From the IMG/VR virus record IMGVR_UViG_3300045988_154391: 64,000 bases of DNA; one strand, given 5' to 3'. This DNA comes from a virus (taxonomy: Duplodnaviria > Heunggongvirae > Uroviricota > Caudoviricetes). Below are positions 21,483-31,972 of the stretch, in pieces (within the stretch, counting starts at the first letter, position 1; every line of letters starts with the position of its first letter). The translations under genes were made by a program, and so were the position numbers. The notes beneath the pieces were generated by a model. It saw only the letters and a program-made list of their open reading frames with translations. It searched no databases and was not told the origin of the DNA.

Positions 21483-22334
21483 ATGATAAATTATGTCTAC
21501 GGCGAACAACTGTACCAGGAGTTCGTCAGCTTCAGGGATCTCTTTCTAAAAAAAGCTGTTGCACGCGCCCAACACGTTGATACAGCCAGCGACGGTCGTC
21601 CTGTACGCCCGGTTGTCGTTCTACCGTTCAAAGAAACTGACAGCATTCAGGCTGAAATTGATAAATGGACTTTAATGGCGCGGGAACTGGAACAGTACCC
21701 AGACCTCAATATCCCAAAGACTATTTTATATCCAGTGCCTAACATCCTTCGCGGTGTGCGCAAGGTTACAACTTATCAGACAGAAGCTGTGAACAGCGTC
21801 AACATGACCGCTGGCCGCATTATTCATCTGATTGATAAGGACATTCGCATCCAAAAAAGCGCGGGGATCAATGAGCACAGTGCGAAATACATAGAGAACC
21901 TGGAAGCAACAAAAGAGCTAATGAGGCAGTACCCGGAGGATGAAAAATTCCGTATGCGCGTACACGGCTTTAGCGAAACAATGCTGCGCGTCCACTACAT
22001 TTCCAGTAGCCCTAACTACAATGATGGTAAATCAGTTAGTTACCATGTGCCACTGTGTGGCGTGTTTATCTGCGATGAAACTCTCCGTGATGGAATTATC
22101 ATCAACGGTGAATTCGAAAAAGCAAAATTTAGCCTTTATGACTCCATAGAACCGATCATCTGCGACCGCTGGCCGCAAGCAAAAATATATCGCCTGGCAG
22201 ATATTGAAAATGTAAAAAAACAAATTGCCATCACTCGCGAAGAGAAAAAGGTTAAGTCAGCCGCATCAGTTACGCGCAGCCGTAAAACCAAGAAGGGGCA
22301 GCCAGTAAACGACAACCCCGAAAGCGCGCAATAA
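21483..22334 (+). CDS. c1: C1 repressor
   Basis: 283-aa protein starting MINYVYGEQLYQEFVSFRDLFLKKAVARAQHVD, matching P1 C1; strong GGAGGAGG SD. Confidence 0.95.
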   Translation: MINYVYGEQLYQEFVSFRDLFLKKAVARAQHVDTASDGRPVRPVVVLPFKETDSIQAEIDKWTLMARELEQYPDLNIPKTILYPVPNILRGVRKVTTYQTEAVNSVNMTAGRIIHLIDKDIRIQKSAGINEHSAKYIENLEATKELMRQYPEDEKFRMRVHGFSETMLRVHYISSSPNYNDGKSVSYHVPLCGVFICDETLRDGIIINGEFEKAKFSLYDSIEPIICDRWPQAKIYRLADIENVKKQIAITREEKKVKSAASVTRSRKTKKGQPVNDNPESAQ

Positions 22335-22338
22335 ATTA

Positions 22339-22365
22339 TGCCCGGCATCAACCGGGCATTCTTCC
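22339..22365. terminator. Hairpin terminator between convergent c1 and antirepressor-like gene
   Basis: Stem TGCCCGG/CCGGGCA with T-rich flanks on both strands. Confidence 0.5.
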
Positions 22366-22366
22366 A

Positions 22367-23482
22367 TTATTCAGCTGCCACCGGTTTTAACAAGCCAGCA
22401 TCGAGCAGTTTACGCGTCAACCACTGCTGGCCTTTACCCGTTAATTGAGGCGTCAACCGTATCTGGTAGCCATCTTCATCATCCAGCACCACTTCTTTCA
22501 CCGTGAAATACCCCGCGTTGATGTACTGCTGGAACGGCACATTTTTACGTCCACCGGACGCTATCAGGATGCCGTTCTCCCGTAACCAGACAAACAGCGC
22601 GTTTTGCTTAAGTCCAACAACCTTTGCAAAATTCCCAATCAGGATCCCTTTAGCTACTGATACCCGGTCGGCAAAATCGACTTTAGGAGCGGCGGCCACC
22701 AGCTGCTGATTTAGCTGGTGGGCTTTCTGTTCCAGAAGCTGCTTTTGTTCAGCCAGTTCGGCAGCCAGGCGCAGAGCTTCTGGAAGCGTCTGGGGGATTG
22801 CAACCGGTTGCTGTTCTTTTTGCCGGAAGTAGCTGTCTTCCAGTTTTTCAAAGAATGCCCATGCCTGATCGGTTTCGAGCATTTTAGCGTGGCGGGCTGC
22901 GCCGCGTTCCGTCCAGAGGATGAGTGAGCGGGCTTTAGGAGAGATAGGATTTTGTGAGTTACTTAAAGTCACCCGCAAATTGTTCAAATCATCTCCAATA
23001 ACTTTATAGAAATGCTTGCCTTCACAAAAACGTTCAGCATTACGGGAAAAGTTCTTCTTGATGTTATCCGCATCTGTCCCATACCCCTTAGCAAGGATCT
23101 TAGTTGTCACTACACGCACTCCCTGCCACTCTAGAACGGGAATTTCATCCGGCTGACTTTGAACAACCACCAGTTCTGATTCCTGAACTAAAGGTGTATT
23201 AATTTTTTCAGATTTAACGTTAGTAGCTTTCATTCTGTGTGCCTCCTTGCGTGTTTCGGCTGCGACGGTTGCGTAATTCAGATGCCCCTGTTCGAGCAGG
23301 TATTCACGGATATCAGACAGCAGGATACGGTGAACAGCGTTCTTGTCCTTTCTCCGGTAAAGTTGTTTGGTGATCATGAAGTAGTTGGCAATAACGCCTG
23401 GTATATCCCTGGTACTGATACAGGCAGTGTGCTGTTCAATTGCCTCGATCATCTCTTCACGGGTGACTAATGACGTTCTCAT
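22367..23482 (-). CDS. Antirepressor-like protein (ORF6N-like N-terminal and KilA-C-like C-terminal domains), 371 aa
   Basis: ORF6N-like region (VVTTKILAKGYGTDADNIKKNFSRNAERFCEGKHFYKV ... SPKARSLILWTERGAARHAKML) and KilAC-like C-terminus (NFAKVVGLKQNALFVWLRENGIL ... YINAGYFTVKEV). Strong internal start at 23233 (AAGGAGG) is an alternative. Confidence 0.7.
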   Translation of the reverse strand: MRTSLVTREEMIEAIEQHTACISTRDIPGVIANYFMITKQLYRRKDKNAVHRILLSDIREYLLEQGHLNYATVAAETRKEAHRMKATNVKSEKINTPLVQESELVVVQSQPDEIPVLEWQGVRVVTTKILAKGYGTDADNIKKNFSRNAERFCEGKHFYKVIGDDLNNLRVTLSNSQNPISPKARSLILWTERGAARHAKMLETDQAWAFFEKLEDSYFRQKEQQPVAIPQTLPEALRLAAELAEQKQLLEQKAHQLNQQLVAAAPKVDFADRVSVAKGILIGNFAKVVGLKQNALFVWLRENGILIASGGRKNVPFQQYINAGYFTVKEVVLDDEDGYQIRLTPQLTGKGQQWLTRKLLDAGLLKPVAAE

Positions 23483-23700
23483 AGTCCCTCCTGAGCAGAA
23501 GCGTTAACAGGGAGGCACCAGTAACTGAGAGAATTGCGTGAATCAGTGGAAAAACGGGCAGAGAAAATACATGGGGCGTCAGGAAGCTGAGAGCGGGCCT
23601 CATCTTCTGTCGGTGCAATAACGAAGTGATAGTGACGTTTTTGGCAGGAGTAAAAGCGCCAGATAAATTCAGGATGAGTTGGGGTAGGGATAGTAGCCAT
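23479..23700 (-). CDS. Small ORF (73 aa) translationally coupled to the antirepressor-like gene
   Basis: ATG at 23700 preceded by AAGGAGG; its stop overlaps the downstream start as ATGA. Confidence 0.3.
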   Translation of the reverse strand: MATIPTPTHPEFIWRFYSCQKRHYHFVIAPTEDEARSQLPDAPCIFSARFSTDSRNSLSYWCLPVNASAQEGL

Positions 23701-24018
23701 ATTGGCAGCCTCCTTAGACGTTGGTATGTAACCACCGCAGAAGAGACCAATCTTGCTGGCGGTGGACTGTACGGAGTTGGCCTTACTGGCGTCCAAGGTA
23801 ACCAGCCTACCCGAAGGTAGCCCCATACAGCCCACCATTGTAGAGGTGTGCGTGTACGCCGATACAAAAAAAGACGCGAGCGGCGTCTGTATCGCCTTAG
23901 ACTTAAGCGGGAGGCCAATCCCGGCACCCGTTTTAATGAGGTGCCTGATAAGCATAAACCGAAAATGCCTCAAGGCGCAAGAGGTCAGGTTCAATGTAAC
24001 ATCGGCAGTTAAAAAACA

Positions 24019-24035
24019 CAATTTATTAGAGCAAA
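24019..24035 (-). promoter_or_regulatory. C1-operator-like site just downstream of pacB
   Basis: CAATTTATTAGAGCAAA, two mismatches, both terminal; lies upstream of the antirepressor-like operon. Confidence 0.5.
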
Positions 24036-24038
24036 TAT

Positions 24039-25523
24039 TCATTCATTAAGCCATGCCAGAGCTTCATCAACCTGCGCTTCGTCTTCGACGCTAAGCACTT
24101 CATCCTGGGGAACATAATCCGCCAGCATAGCGAAACAATATGTATCCCAATGGTCTGGTGAGTGCAGGTTGAGTTTTTTCTTCATATCCTCCTTACTCAT
24201 CACCTTCCATTGACCTGCGGAGTTAATCCCTACAGGGATTTTCGACGCTTCCTCAATAGTTTCATTACCCTTATCCAGTCTCATACGACCAGATTTTACG
24301 GCCTCTGCGGCTTGAACGTTGGCATAAGCACGTTTATCAAAGTACAGGCTCTTATCTTCACGGCTATGCATCTTTTTACCCCAGCGTATACGCTGTACGG
24401 TAATACCATAATACTCGTACATCAGATCCGCCGTTGCTTTACCCAGCCCATCACCGTCTATCGCTATGGTGATATTTGGAAATCGCTCAGGATTACATTC
24501 TGCGAAAATTTTGGCGGCAAGCTGCGTTTCTGTAACGTCTGTGTATTCCAGCATTCGATAGTTGATTACACGGCGTTTATTTCTCTGGCCGGACACCATC
24601 ATGATATTGATAACGGACTTATCCCGTCCCGTACCACCAGCAACGTCCACACATGCAAGCCAGCCCCATCCTTTGGCAATCTTGACTTTCCGCCGCGTCG
24701 CACGTTCAACCTCATCACGTCCAAGAAGGAAGCCATCCTGTGATTTAGGGAATAGTCCGCGTACCTTAATCATGTACATAGGGTTATCACGCCCGCCGTA
24801 CTCCGCCAGCTTCATTTTGATAAATGCTGGCGTTACCAGCGGTGATTCCTCACTGTTAAGCGTGATCGCCGTATAAACGCCATCAGGGTTACCAGGACGC
24901 TTGGCCAGTTTATGGTGAGTATCGTAGAAATAGCCGCTTGGGCGTGTAGGCTGTGACAGTAATAAGATGCGGTTATCCTGTCCGGTAAGAGCACCGGTGA
25001 TGATACCGAAAGCTCTATCACTGACACCGGAGGCTTCATCGATAATATACAGAAGATGATCTGCGTGTTCACCGGCGAGAGCTTCTTCACTTCCCAGACG
25101 AAAGCCCTTCGGTACTACAGTCCATACACCTTTACCAGTAACCTCATAGAAAGCGGTTTCTGTCAGAACAAAATAATCAGCAAGCCATGGAAAACGGCTG
25201 GTGGCAGTAGCCCAGTTTATCTTGATGTACTTGAATATACCGGTCATTACCTGCTGAATTTTGTTCGCAACGATAATGGCGCGGGCACCGGGATACATGA
25301 TTATGAACAACATGATCATGATAGAAGTCATGTCTGATTTCCCGGTACCGTGACCAGACGAAACAGATGTCTTGCTACCCTGTTCCTGCACAGACTCAAT
25401 AATCAGATCCTGCTGCCAGGTAGGTGTTTTGCCGAACAAAACATCAGCGGCAGCAATCCAGTCATAACGATATAGCGCCACCAGCTCGCGCCAACGTGGA
25501 TCCGTTACGCAACTTCTGGCCAT
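24039..25523 (-). CDS. pacB: Terminase large subunit PacB
   Basis: 494-aa protein with terminase ATPase/nuclease organisation; start overlaps the pacA stop. Confidence 0.9.
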   Translation of the reverse strand: MARSCVTDPRWRELVALYRYDWIAAADVLFGKTPTWQQDLIIESVQEQGSKTSVSSGHGTGKSDMTSIMIMLFIIMYPGARAIIVANKIQQVMTGIFKYIKINWATATSRFPWLADYFVLTETAFYEVTGKGVWTVVPKGFRLGSEEALAGEHADHLLYIIDEASGVSDRAFGIITGALTGQDNRILLLSQPTRPSGYFYDTHHKLAKRPGNPDGVYTAITLNSEESPLVTPAFIKMKLAEYGGRDNPMYMIKVRGLFPKSQDGFLLGRDEVERATRRKVKIAKGWGWLACVDVAGGTGRDKSVINIMMVSGQRNKRRVINYRMLEYTDVTETQLAAKIFAECNPERFPNITIAIDGDGLGKATADLMYEYYGITVQRIRWGKKMHSREDKSLYFDKRAYANVQAAEAVKSGRMRLDKGNETIEEASKIPVGINSAGQWKVMSKEDMKKKLNLHSPDHWDTYCFAMLADYVPQDEVLSVEDEAQVDEALAWLNE

Positions 25524-26716
25524 TAATCATCATCCCCGTATAGCTTGCGGGTAACTTCTTCGTCTTCCTCCTCGTCTTCGTCCAGGTCTTGTTCCAGCCA
25601 TGGGTCGTTTGATACACCTTCAGTATCAACATCTCCATAACCGCCTGTATCAACGATATCGGCGATTTCTTCCCTACGCTGCTCAATCCACAATGCGGCA
25701 TCGGCGCGGCGGTTGGCGGCCCGTTCTCGCGCAACTTTGTCCAGATCTTCAAGAGAAGGGCCACCGACGGCTGTTTGCCTTTCCTCATCATCGGTATTGG
25801 TCTTAGGAGCACGCAGATCGGCTTTGATTTGCTCCAGCATCAGGGGCGGCACTTTTCCGCCATGCGCCTCGATGAATTCAGCTGCTTCCAGCACTGACCA
25901 GTTATTTTCACGCTTTCGTTCGTATGCCAGCTTAACAATGCCAGCTTGCCCCATAGATAAAGCGTGCTTTTCCGCCTCCCGGCTTTCTTTTCGATAGTTA
26001 TTCCGAATGCTGTAAATGGTGTTGATCAGGCTGCTTATCTGCGCGGAACAGCTGTTTAGCATGCTCGCGATACGATATTCAGGCGGAGTCCCTTCATCAT
26101 CGTCTTTTTGCTGATCGCGCATTTCCTGCACCAGACGAATACACGTATCCCTGGCGTTCTCCAGCATAAGGAGATGAGAAAGAGACTTTTCCAGAAGAGT
26201 GGTTTCCAGAACATCGGCCCCGGACCGACGCAACATAGCGCGCGCGGCCTTCCGCGCTTCAACGTTATCTATCAGGTAATCGCCAGCTTCGAATTCAAAG
26301 CGTTCACCATCATCATCCAGGGTGTCGCGTTCCAGGCGATCACGTAAGGTCCGGTGGGCGCGGGTGATCACGTCATGATCATCAGAACGATCATTTATGC
26401 GCTTATTTTGGCGCTTCGCATTCTCGACTGCGGCACTGACAACGGCATTAACCCTTTGTTTTTCCGCTATTTCAGCCGCAATGTGATCACCTGCATGTTG
26501 ATCATTAGAGTGATCAATGATCATGCTTTTTAGTGGCTTCCTGACTGGCTTATTTGGCTTGCGGCTGTCCGCTGTCCTGGTGTCTTCTTTGAAGGCACGG
26601 AGATAACGACGTGCAGTATTAGGGTTAAGATTAAACTCGGCGGCATACTGTGCGATGGTGTAACCACCATCTCGCGCCAGGCGAGCAAAATTCTTCTTGT
26701 GATCGTCCCAGGTCAC
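25523..26716 (-). CDS. pacA: Terminase small subunit PacA (contains pac site)
   Basis: 397-aa ORF with GTG start and acidic C-terminus; the TGATCA hexamer clusters of pac lie inside it. Confidence 0.9.
   Translation of the reverse strand: MTWDDHKKNFARLARDGGYTIAQYAAEFNLNPNTARRYLRAFKEDTRTADSRKPNKPVRKPLKSMIIDHSNDQHAGDHIAAEIAEKQRVNAVVSAAVENAKRQNKRINDRSDDHDVITRAHRTLRDRLERDTLDDDGERFEFEAGDYLIDNVEARKAARAMLRRSGADVLETTLLEKSLSHLLMLENARDTCIRLVQEMRDQQKDDDEGTPPEYRIASMLNSCSAQISSLINTIYSIRNNYRKESREAEKHALSMGQAGIVKLAYERKRENNWSVLEAAEFIEAHGGKVPPLMLEQIKADLRAPKTNTDDEERQTAVGGPSLEDLDKVARERAANRRADAALWIEQRREEIADIVDTGGYGDVDTEGVSNDPWLEQDLDEDEEEDEEVTRKLYGDDD
26365..26523. other. pac packaging site: seven TGATCA-type hexamers in two clusters
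   Basis: Cluster 1: TGATCA at 26365-26370 and 26376-26381, CGATCA at 26388-26393. Cluster 2: TGATCA at 26484, 26499, 26511, 26518. Matches the described 3+4 architecture of P1 pac. Confidence 0.75.
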
Positions 26717-26801
26717 TTATGCTTCCTTTCGTAAAAACTCTTTTTGACGCGAGGGTAACGAAAGTCACATGTCAAAAGGCCCGGAACGGGCAAGCAATCA
26801 A

Positions 26802-27254
26802 TCAGATACGTGCGGATGTGGCATTACCGTAATGACGGTGCTGACGGGCCACCTTATTGAAAAGTTGACGCGCCATTACCCAAGGCTGGTGCTCCCGGCG
26901 TTCCTTTTCGTCCTGCGTCATATAGAGTTCGTTCTGGAGTTTTTCATCAAACCGGCGCGGAGCGCGGCTACGGCGAAAGAATTCAGGATTCAGAGAGTGG
27001 ATCTGAAATCTACGTGGGCGTGTACTGTCATCAATCAAAACAGACGAATACTTAGACACAGCGATAGCCTTTAAGCGCAGATAAACATCGCGCTTATCGA
27101 CATCCAGATGCGGGTATTCCTTTTCAAGAATTGCTGCGAGTTCTTTCGCTGATAGAAGAGATTTAGTGCGGATCATGTAATCCGCAATCTCGTACGATGT
27201 TATTCGTGAGTGATTTATTTCCATGAAGTGGCGTCCCTGCCAGTTAAGTAACAT
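26802..27254 (-). CDS. lpa: Lpa, late promoter activator
   Basis: 150-aa ORF with SD AGGTGACAGG, immediately upstream of pacA; C1 operator about 70 nt upstream. Confidence 0.85.
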   Translation of the reverse strand: MLLNWQGRHFMEINHSRITSYEIADYMIRTKSLLSAKELAAILEKEYPHLDVDKRDVYLRLKAIAVSKYSSVLIDDSTRPRRFQIHSLNPEFFRRSRAPRRFDEKLQNELYMTQDEKERREHQPWVMARQLFNKVARQHRHYGNATSARI

Positions 27255-27323
27255 CCTGTCACCTACTGATTAGCCCATGTCAACTAATCAACGTGGAATA
27301 TAATACCCTCGATTAAAGAAATG

Positions 27324-27340
27324 GCAATACATTAGAGCAA
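27324..27340 (-). promoter_or_regulatory. C1 operator upstream of lpa
   Basis: CAATACATTAGAGCAAT; ATTAGAGCAAT core conserved. Confidence 0.6.
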
Positions 27341-27342
27341 TT

Positions 27343-28386
27343 TTATCTAACGCTCGACGAGTGACTTGTGATAGCGCCGACTCCAAGCGCGTAATCAAAG
27401 AACAATCGTTGATGCATCGCCAGCCTACCGTGCGTCTTCTCCCAATTATCGCGGTCACGCTCAATATCACGCTGGCATGACTGGCACAGAGGAATTGCGT
27501 AAATGTCATGCGCGCATAATCGACTATGACGAACGATATAAGGCGTAATGTGAGCGCCAGCTCCCGCCGCTCCACACCCACAGCATGGACGGGAAGCAAC
27601 AAAGTCCATGTACTCAGGTAATTTTAGCGATTGCAGTTTTGGTATTTTGAAATGCGCCATGCCAGGGTCGGAGTCAACATCCACAGGGCATACTTTTGCA
27701 CGCATCGGCGCGGCGCGTTCTTCCATCATCTGAACATATGCTGTAGCGCGATCGTCATACGGGCGAATATCCGCCTCTTTCAGAGGTCCGCTATCCTGCG
27801 TTGCGGCTTTCATCTTATTTATTGATATACGGCAAACTTCTTCCGGCATCAGGTGCATCATGTTGCGCATGAAAGCCCACCAGCACAGTTCCTGAATACT
27901 TAAATCATGGCCATCTGAAAGCCCCATTTCCTGACGGGCGACATCCAGTATCCAGTTAACGCGATTATTATGCAGCGTTTCTTTCAGCTCATTAAAACCA
28001 CGCATCCGGTAATGGTTATCGTGATGCCAGCACAACAACACCGCGCTATTGTCTCGTTCTGCGTGGACAATATGGTTGTCACACCAGCTACGATCTGCGG
28101 CCTGGCATTGCCCCTCTTTCCTGCGCAACCACGCCACCAGCGCGTCAATTCCACCAATACGGCGAAACAGTTCATCGCTGTTAAAAAACGGCTGCAACGC
28201 CTCATTTGTTGCCATGGTTTGCTCGGTAACAACGAGGCCGTCTTCCATGTGCTCGATTAACTCACGCGGCACCGGCTCCATAATAAATTTACGGCCAGCC
28301 TCCACCAGCTTTCTGACCTCCTGATCCACTTTGAACGTGGCGAGGCCAAGCTCTTTCTGTACAAAGGGAGTAATTACGGCTTTCAC
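27343..28386 (-). CDS. pdcB: PdcB-like Cys-rich protein (347 aa)
   Basis: ORF with GTG start (AAAGGTG SD) between pdcA and lpa; named by synteny with P1. Confidence 0.55.
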   Translation of the reverse strand: MKAVITPFVQKELGLATFKVDQEVRKLVEAGRKFIMEPVPRELIEHMEDGLVVTEQTMATNEALQPFFNSDELFRRIGGIDALVAWLRRKEGQCQAADRSWCDNHIVHAERDNSAVLLCWHHDNHYRMRGFNELKETLHNNRVNWILDVARQEMGLSDGHDLSIQELCWWAFMRNMMHLMPEEVCRISINKMKAATQDSGPLKEADIRPYDDRATAYVQMMEERAAPMRAKVCPVDVDSDPGMAHFKIPKLQSLKLPEYMDFVASRPCCGCGAAGAGAHITPYIVRHSRLCAHDIYAIPLCQSCQRDIERDRDNWEKTHGRLAMHQRLFFDYALGVGAITSHSSSVR

Positions 28387-28413
28387 ATCACACCTTTAAT
28401 CACTGATTGGGCT

Positions 28414-28593
28414 TTATCTGCTGCCCGGCATTCTCTGTTTAAGCACAACCATTTCCTGACGGCATAACACAGCAATAGCTGTCCTGGCACCAATTTGCTT
28501 ACCAACCAGGTATTGCTTTACCTCGCGGCGACTCACGCCATCAAGAAGCATCTTTAACGCTTCACGGGACAATTTGTTGTATTTACGTGCCAT
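28414..28593 (-). CDS. pdcA: PdcA-like small protein (59 aa)
   Basis: ATG at 28593 with GGAG SD, 4 nt after the doc stop; by synteny. Confidence 0.45.
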   Translation of the reverse strand: MARKYNKLSREALKMLLDGVSRREVKQYLVGKQIGARTAIAVLCRQEMVVLKQRMPGSR

Positions 28594-28597
28594 TAAT

Positions 28598-28978
28598 CTA
28601 CTCCGCGGAACCATACAATCTACGTAACGTGTCGGCGACAGAAGATACAGATATCTCTCCGGTCGCAGCCCCTACGGTAAGGTCTGCCAGTTCAGGTGAA
28701 TCAAATACCTGCACCCCGTTACGGCGTAGAAATAGCAGCGCACTGTTTAGCGCGGTACGCTTATTGGCATCATTGAATATATGCCCTCTCGCTGTAGCCA
28801 CCAGGTAGGTGGCGGAGACTTCGAAAAGGTCGGTGATCTCTTCGTAGGCAACTCTGGCCTGAACTCTCCCGATAATGGCCTCTGCCCTACCCGGATCAGA
28901 CATTCCCGGCAGGCCGCCGTAGCGGCTTATATTCGCATCATGAAGCGCAATAAGTTCTTCCGGTGATATATGCCTCAT
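28598..28978 (-). CDS. doc: Doc toxin (Fic-family kinase)
   Basis: 126-aa protein [39 protein letters not shown] ... matches P1 Doc; start overlaps the phd stop (TAATG). Confidence 0.95.
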
Positions 28979-29199
28979 TATCGGTTAACCAGTTCCTTGT
29001 TGGTGGAGTCCAGGGTGTCAAACAGGGATGCAAATTCAGCATCCAGCGCCGCTTTTTTGTAGGCTTCGAAAGTAGCCTTGCTGACAATTACTGCTGGCTC
29101 ACGGCCTCTGCGGGTGATTTCAACCTCTTCCCCGGCTTCAACATTGTTGAGCACTTCAGAAAGGTTGCCACGCGCGGTACGGAAGTTAATGGATTGCAT
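28978..29199 (-). CDS. phd: Phd antitoxin
   Basis: 73-aa protein [56 protein letters not shown] ... matches P1 Phd. Confidence 0.95.
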
Positions 29200-29216
29200 A
29201 AACACCTCGTGTACTC

Positions 29217-29240
29217 GTTATGTGTACACAATTATAAACT
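29217..29240. promoter_or_regulatory. Candidate phd-doc operator (GTGTAC palindromes)
   Basis: TCGTGTACTCG and TGTGTACACA 20-40 nt upstream of phd. Confidence 0.45.
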
Positions 29241-29271
29241 TCACAGGCATAAAGCACCAGCACTTTGCAGC

Positions 29272-29661
29272 TTAAATAACCGGACAATCATCAAATTCCC
29301 CACTTCGGGCATCATTGATGACATGAGTGATCACACCAAAAACAGCATTACTGCCCGTGTATCCATCGTCATCTACTGGTAACGCCTCTTTCTTCCCGGT
29401 GCTTAAATCCTCCAGGTGCTGGCGCGGATACTTCCTGTATCTCTTTATGCGATATTCACCCTCCATAGCGCACACAAGCAGAGAACCATCAACCGGAGTA
29501 AGCGAGGAATCAACCACCAGCAAAGCACCCTGCAATATTCCCTCACGGTGATGGCTATCAGCTGCCCGCATGAAGTAGGTCGCTGAAGGATGTCTAATTA
29601 TCTGCTGATCAAGAGAAATTCGGCTTTCAACATAATCCGCCGCAGGAGAAGGGAAGCCCAT
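29272..29661 (-). CDS. humD: HumD, UmuD-like S24 peptidase
   Basis: 129-aa LexA/UmuD-like protein; LexA box immediately upstream. Confidence 0.85.
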   Translation of the reverse strand: MGFPSPAADYVESRISLDQQIIRHPSATYFMRAADSHHREGILQGALLVVDSSLTPVDGSLLVCAMEGEYRIKRYRKYPRQHLEDLSTGKKEALPVDDDGYTGSNAVFGVITHVINDARSGEFDDCPVI

Positions 29662-29679
29662 AGCGTTTTACCTCAATGA

Positions 29680-29699
29680 TACTGTTTATTCATACAGTA
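29680..29699. promoter_or_regulatory. LexA (SOS) box upstream of humD
   Basis: TACTGTTTATTCATACAGTA, a CTGT-N8-ACAG palindrome, 19 nt upstream of the humD start. Confidence 0.7.
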
Positions 29700-29784
29700 T
29701 ACATTGAAAAGGCATAGTTTGTGAAAGCGGGGTTTGTAGGCGCGCCACGCTGGGGGCTAATCACATTTCTCCCCCATCTTGCCG

Positions 29785-30036
29785 TTATTTTTTTGGTGCA
29801 TCCTCGTTCTGATACACCGGATCGCTCCCTTTTGGCAACTGGAGGCTTAACTGCCGATAGTGCCGTAACCGTTCCATGAAATAGGTGCGCAGGTTTTCCG
29901 GTTGCTCACGGGCCACCTGCTCTGCAATCACAGGTATATTCAGCCGTTCTTTGTAAGCAACGCCGCTGGCGGCAAGGTCTACGTTCACCTTGTCTCGCTC
30001 TTCCTGGCTTTTAGCTGCTATATTTCGATCTGACAC
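29785..30036 (-). CDS. hot: Hot, homolog of DNA polymerase III theta subunit
   Basis: [43 protein letters not shown] aligns with E. coli HolE; GTG start with GGAGG SD. Confidence 0.85.
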   Translation of the reverse strand: MSDRNIAAKSQEERDKVNVDLAASGVAYKERLNIPVIAEQVAREQPENLRTYFMERLRHYRQLSLQLPKGSDPVYQNEDAPKK

Positions 30037-30403
30037 AAGAAACCTCCAGGAGTTAGTGGATCAGGCACATGCACAATAACGTTCTCAATGTTAGCCGTTC
30101 AATTCAGACAATCAGAGACTGCACCAGTGTGGTGGCATCAATCCCATTGCGGAACAGCATAGACGAACTGCAAATTCGTGTATTGAATCCGAATCAGGCT
30201 AATAAGCAATTGCGCTTTATTTTGACGCTGAAAAGTGAAACAGAGGGGATAAAGCACAGCGTAAAAGTGTTTTCTGAGGCCATTCTGCTTAATGGGAAGC
30301 TCCGGCATCTGGTAAGGCCAGAACGTCAATATCCTGACGTCCTGGCGCGTGAAAAAGACCTTCTTTCTGAAGTTCAGGATAGGGTGATCGATTTCGTCAA
30401 ATG

Positions 30404-30688
30404 CTATCCCCTGCATTGAGGGCAGGTGTTCCCTTCCGCAAAGTAGGGAAAATTGCTATCAAGTTCATCACACCATCTGCGATGGTCGTAGCACCAAAAC
30501 GCCTCCCACGGTGCACGGAAATACTTCATCCACCAGGACACTCGATCAGGTATATCTGCTGGTGGCAGTTCTTCTGGCAATAATTTGCCTGATAATTCCC
30601 TTTCCGCCCGCGACAGCATTTTTTTGAGGCTCGCGTTCTCTTTTTCAAGCTCATCTACGCGCACCTGTAATTCAGCTTTCGTTGGCAT
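30404..30688 (-). CDS. Hypothetical protein with coiled coil and C-terminal CxxC motif
   Basis: ATG at 30688 with GAGGTGG SD (track ORF extends to 30769). Confidence 0.45.
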   Translation of the reverse strand: MPTKAELQVRVDELEKENASLKKMLSRAERELSGKLLPEELPPADIPDRVSWWMKYFRAPWEAFWCYDHRRWCDELDSNFPYFAEGNTCPQCRG

Positions 30689-31610
30689 GGTCCACCTCAT
30701 GCTTTTCAGCCACCAGCGGCAATAAAGCCCTGGCCATCTTATGAACCAATAGTGCATCAATAATGCCAAGCGTATGCCCCGGCTTAATGTTTAATGCCGC
30801 CTCAAGGTGACACCTTTCCAGGTCACTTTTCTCGGCTTGTTTATGATGATCTGGTGTAATAACGTCGCCCAAAACACGGCTAATTCTTTCTCGTAATTGC
30901 TGGGTGCCAGCACACTTGATCGCTGTATCGTGGAGACGGTTAACCAGTTCGCGATAAACATGCGGCTTAATGCGGATACGTTCACCGGTGACGCCCTTTC
31001 CTGGCGCTGGCACCGAACTATCCGGAATATCCGGATAGTTGCCAGCCTCGTAAGCTACCCACAGCCAGTGCATGAATGTTTCAGTGGACACACAACCACA
31101 GTCCACATCGATTTTCCCGCGTTGCTGTTCCAGCCATTGCCCAAAATCCAACCTGTAAGTCTTACTTTCAAGTTCATCACCATTGAACTCGACTTTCTGC
31201 GACGCTATGAGAGCTGATTCGTATTGTTCGCGAGTGACAACTGACTGGTATTCATCGCTATCAAGGCCACCAATTGGAAGCTCAATCTCACAACAAAAAT
31301 TGCGCCCAAAGAAAGTGTCTTTTTTGTGGTCTGAGCCAAAAGCAAAAGTCGCGCATGGTGCCATTAAATTGACACTGGGTAGGTAACAATAACTCATTCC
31401 ATCAGGCCACCCGCCGCACTTAGGCAGCTCCTTCACTAACAAGTCGATAAACTTCATTTTTTTATCATCTTTGCAAGCCGCCAAAGCCATTTGGGCAAGT
31501 GCCAATACTTCATCTGCCGTATATCCAGCACCGTGACCATACATTTCGATACGGGAAATAATCTCTGATATACGCTCTTCAGTGATTCTGGTCATTTCTT
31601 TTTGCGCCAT
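30672..31610 (-). CDS. Hypothetical protein (312 aa)
   Basis: Long ORF in the co-directional accessory block; no motif recognised. Confidence 0.55.
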   Translation of the reverse strand: MAQKEMTRITEERISEIISRIEMYGHGAGYTADEVLALAQMALAACKDDKKMKFIDLLVKELPKCGGWPDGMSYCYLPSVNLMAPCATFAFGSDHKKDTFFGRNFCCEIELPIGGLDSDEYQSVVTREQYESALIASQKVEFNGDELESKTYRLDFGQWLEQQRGKIDVDCGCVSTETFMHWLWVAYEAGNYPDIPDSSVPAPGKGVTGERIRIKPHVYRELVNRLHDTAIKCAGTQQLRERISRVLGDVITPDHHKQAEKSDLERCHLEAALNIKPGHTLGIIDALLVHKMARALLPLVAEKHEVDHANES

Positions 31611-31966
31611 TTCTTTTCACATTCCTTAGTCCATTTTTCAATGTTCATTTTGGCAATATCAGTCATTCCATCACCTAAGAAATACTTTTTCCGGTACGTC
31701 TTGCACTTAAACCACACTACAACAGCCACCAGCCAGAAAATAAAAGGCCATACGGCAATACCAACTCCAGCCGCGATAAAGCCCAATATCCATAAATGAA
31801 GCTCTCCAACTTCTGTTTCCGGCAATATTCTTAAAGAATTAAACAGCAGGCTGAACGAATGGTCGTATGCATTGGCAGTATAAGACATGCAATCCATATA
31901 ATTAAAGTCATAGCCTGCGGCTGCCGCCCATAATGGGCGGTCAAGAAAATGTTTTAGTGTCATCAT
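31592..31966 (-). CDS. Predicted membrane protein (124 aa)
   Basis: Two hydrophobic segments and a Lys-rich C-terminus. Confidence 0.5.
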   Translation of the reverse strand: MMTLKHFLDRPLWAAAAGYDFNYMDCMSYTANAYDHSFSLLFNSLRILPETEVGELHLWILGFIAAGVGIAVWPFIFWLVAVVVWFKCKTYRKKYFLGDGMTDIAKMNIEKWTKECEKKWRKKK

Positions 31967-31972
31967 ATTAAT

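Noticed and set aside
23457-23927. 156-aa minus-strand ORF with Arg/Leu/Pro-rich low-complexity translation
   Set aside because: Overlaps, in another frame, the better-supported 73-aa ORF that has a strong SD and is coupled to the antirepressor-like gene.
30069-30419. 116-aa plus-strand ORF (and overlapping 92-aa minus-strand ORF) between hot and the accessory block
   Set aside because: It is the only plus-strand ORF inside a long minus-strand array, has poor SD spacing and overlaps an equally plausible minus-strand ORF; more likely promoter/leader sequence for hot. Not excluded as a small gene.
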